DNA of 63,517 nucleotides, the filler included, from Folioceros fuciformis (lineage: Eukaryota): assembly GCA_049999805.1 (NCBI GenBank). It is 21 parts of 21 records of this genome, joined end to end, with 100 filler letters (N's around TTAATTAATTAA, not from the genome) between each part and the next. Parts side by side here need not be neighbours in the genome. Positions count along the whole stretch, not along the records: positions 59,998 to 61,595 come from JBNGIO010000367.1; positions 61,696 to 63,517 come from JBNGIO010000369.1; 19 more parts are not named here. One strand, given 5' to 3'. Position numbers and translations under genes: made by a program. The notes beneath the pieces were generated by a model. The model did no database searches. It was not told the origin of the DNA and worked only from the letters and a program-made list of their open reading frames with translations. Shown here piece after piece: positions 60,310 through 63,517 of the stretch (within the stretch, counting starts at the first letter, position 1; every line of letters starts with the position of its first letter).

Positions 60310-61595
60310 AACATAATAGAGCCTGGGCAACGCACAGACACAACACAACCTAGGCAACGCATAGACACAACATAGCCTGGGCAACACACATACACAACAC
60401 AGTTAGCAGACACAAGCAGAGGCTATGGATGGCACATGCAATAGCACCATTGGCTTACATAGGCTCAATAGTATGAGGCAATATGGTGCACAGGGTGCTA
60501 CATGTATAGCCCTTAGGCTGGGCAACTATCGAGAAGGTAAGACCTAGACTCGAGAGTGCAATATCCTAATATACTAGAGTAAGTAGCAAATGATTGAATC
60601 TCTAACACTCCCACTTCAAGCTAAAGCTACTTACCAACACCAAGATTCGAACAAAAATGTGCAAACTTTACGCCGCTAAATGCCTTGGTGAAGATATCCG
60701 CCACTGTATCCCCGGTGCGGAGGTATGAGATCTTCAGGTCCGTTTCGTGCTTCCTCAATTGTGAGCGGGATATCATCTTCGAGAAGAAAACACCATTCTG
60801 GTCCGCTCACCATGTTGAGCTGGGCATTCTCGAGGACCTTTCGCAAAGGCAGTCGGACCCTTGTCGACCATCTCGGAATAGCTGATGTTGGTTTGTCCTG
60901 TGCATCCTCCAATGCTGGAACTAACTCCTCAACTTGCTGCTGCTGTTGTGCTCCTTCTGGGTTTCCTCCTTCAAGAATTTATATGAGAACAATAGGTGGT
61001 ACAACTTCACCTGCTAGGATGCCCTCACCATCACCCTTCGGTGTGTGGTGATCCTCTTTTGCTATTGTTGGTGGATCTGGAACAAGGAAGGTATCCTGGA
61101 TAAGCTTAGAGTCGAGGTCTGTGTAAACAGCCGTGCTCTCCACATGACTTCCAATGTTGTTCTCAGCAAACATGACATCAGAACTTTCATGCATCTGTTT
61201 GCTGATGGGATCCCACAATCTGTAAGCCTTTTGCTCATTCGCGTAACCAATGAAGCTGCACTTGATGCTTCTATCGTCCAACTTCTTCCGCAGTTGCTCA
61301 GGAACATGCACACATGCTACACAGCCAAACACTCTTAAGTGTGAGACATTTGGTTTCTCACCAAACCAAGCTTCATGGGGTGTCATGGAGCCACCTAGTG
61401 CCATGGTAATTGACATATTCTGTACGTGTATCGCCGCTGCCATTGCATCTGCCAAAAATATTTTGGCAGCCTGCTTTCCGCTAGCCTACTCCTAGCGCCA
61501 TTGCAAATGGTACGATTCTTCCGCTCGGCGATCCCTGCCTATTGCAGCGTGTACCTTGTCGTCAACTGCCTCTCAATTCCGGCCGCTATGCATTC
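60310..61595 (-). mobile_element. Internally deleted Ty1/copia: integrase/linker joined to RNase H end, PPT, 3' LTR (starts 60607)
   Basis: HLRVFGC...IEEARNGPE is joined near 60735 to VADIFTKA. The LTR core is similar to 59482-59565. Confidence 0.85.
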
Positions 61596-62097
61596 NNNNN
61601 NNNNNNNNNNNNNNNNNNNNNNNNNNNNNNNNNNNNNNNTTAATTAATTAANNNNNNNNNNNNNNNNNNNNNNNNNNNNNNNNNNNNNNNNNNNNTCAGA
61701 CCCTGACCCCTGACACTGACATACCCAGATACCCGTTCCTATGTTCAAACCATTATTTCATTTATTTTATTATTATTATTATTAATCATTTAATATTATA
61801 TATCTTTAATTAATATTCAACTAATCACCAAACCTAGACTCAAACTTTCCCAACCCTATGGCCTGGTACCGAACCTAAACCTTCCCAGGTCTGGGACCAA
61901 ACCCATACCCACTCTTATAACCAAACCAACTATTTCCTGGTCAATTAACCTAATTAGCACAAAGAAAAATAGGAAAAATAACTAGAAAATAAAGGAAAAT
62001 TAGGGAAAATAAGTTGAAAAAGAAAACCAAACCATACCACTATTGACCCTTTTTCAACCAAAACAAACTACTACCCCAAACTTTGGAGGTTCACATC

Positions 62098-63276
62098 TTC
62101 CTATTCACCTCCTCTGTTAACAGGCTACCTTCTACATTTACAATGGTAAGACCACTGGCAGGAGCGGAATTACTCAGAGCTATACAAAAGATGTCCTAGC
62201 TCTCTGGTAATGTGACCAATAGAAACATAGCTCTTATGGAATTTGGGAACGAGATACCTTAAGATAAGAGCTGGCTGAAAATGATATTGAACTCATTCAG
62301 ATGATCGGACATCCTCGTCCCTTCCTTCATCTTCAAGTCCACCAGCTGTTTCAACCAGTACACCTGAGAAGCTGCACTTTGCTTCTCGTACAGGTCACAC
62401 AACTTCTGCCATAGCTCGTAACTTGTGGTCTTGTCTTTCATCTTGAAGTAGACCGACTTCAACAATGTTAGCATGATGGTAGATCTAGCAAGCTCATCTA
62501 GATCCTGCCGCTCATCATGAGTCATGCTAACTGGTTTCACTCCTAGCAACTTGATGGGCTTGATCTGCTTCTTCTGTACTAAAACATTATACACTTGTTC
62601 TTTCTAGAACGGGAAGTTAGTACTATCTAACTTCTCGATATTGAACATGACATTTTCTGAGGACGTCATGTTTCCAAATTGATGCAGATCAAGCAAAAGG
62701 CTAGTTAGAAAACGGTCGAAATGTAAAAGTTACCCTCACAACTTGTTCAGAATTGGCTGTCCACAATTCAACTTGATGGACCTAAATTTTTCGATCGAAA
62801 TCTTGCTGCCTTGCGGTTGGGATCTCGGCTAGCACACACCCACGTCGGTTGCACCTCCGTGCCCACGCCTCAACGACAATACTCGCATCGACTACGTCTC
62901 GGCAGCCACACCTGCACCTTGTCCGTAGCAACAAGAGCCATCACCCTTGCTCCACAATCCAAGCTCCACAACCTGTGCTTTGATACCACTTGAAGGATCG
63001 CTCCAGGAGCTACATGGTAAAGGAGGAGAGGAGGAGAGAAGGAGGAGAGGAGAAAGAGAGGTCACACTCTCACACACAGTCACAAGGGAGCTCAAGGGGG
63101 GTATTTATACCCTCTATAAGAACTCCCTAAGAAGCTTCACAAGAAGCGCATAGAAAGTTGCGCAAGAAGCTTCCTACAGATTAGCTTAAGCTAATCTAAA
63201 CTAATGGTACTTAACTAGACACTAATCTTAGACTAAACACATTAGTCTAAGCACATTGGGCTTTAATAACCCTACA
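62098..63276 (-). mobile_element. Ty1/copia 5' LTR (62991-63276), PBS (62977-62988), truncated gag
   Basis: LTR matches 27179-27470 and gag matches 40194-40745. Confidence 0.92.
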
Positions 63277-63517
63277 GATCCTGCTGGGGGCTGGGTCGCC
63301 AAGCGGGAGGAGGCTGACTGCGTGGGAGGAAATCTAGGCAGGCGGCCCGGTAGGGCGTATGGCAGGTGCTGGCCGGATTGGCTGCATGCGGTGGGCAGCA
63401 GCGCGGAGACTCCTGCCGCTCGTGGTGGCCTGGAGTAGCGGTCCGGACTGATTCGGACATGGCGGGATGTCAAAGCTGGATCTTCCGATGTGAGTGCGAA
63501 TTGCGTTGGGGGGTACA

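Noticed and set aside
4615-61695. Recurring TTAATTAATTAA within N runs
   Set aside because: Artificial contig linker with six-frame stops. ORFs containing X or ending LIN, and any cross-spacer synteny, are artefacts.

Overview
This window is not one locus. It is 21 short contigs of a eukaryotic land-plant draft assembly joined by artificial 100-bp spacers (N-run + TTAATTAATTAA + N-run), so adjacency across spacers is meaningless. A GRP-terminated DYW:KP PPR gene and an IQCE-like ciliary gene point to a seed-free plant with flagellated sperm and U-to-C editing, most likely a hornwort (inference). Host genes: an intronless PLS-PPR/DYW:KP editing-factor gene whose N-terminus carries an OSB-type PDF motif, a GDSL-like C-terminal fragment, an intron-rich SBT2-type subtilase, exons of phosphopantetheine adenylyltransferase, an IQCE-like coiled-coil gene, and fragments of WAK, USP-like and ECA-type Ca-ATPase genes. 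Most of the remainder is decayed Ty1/copia and Ty3/gypsy LTR retrotransposons. Main oddities: (1) the PDF-motif/PPR/DYW:KP fusion; (2) two separate families of conserved coding sequence between PBS and canonical gag in copia elements, each seen in two diverged elements; (3) an 11-12x tandem array of the LTR-end/PBS junction; (4) an intact antisense ORF 3' of a copia pol; (5) a fold-back junction containing telomere repeats. All family assignments are by eye; no searches were run.
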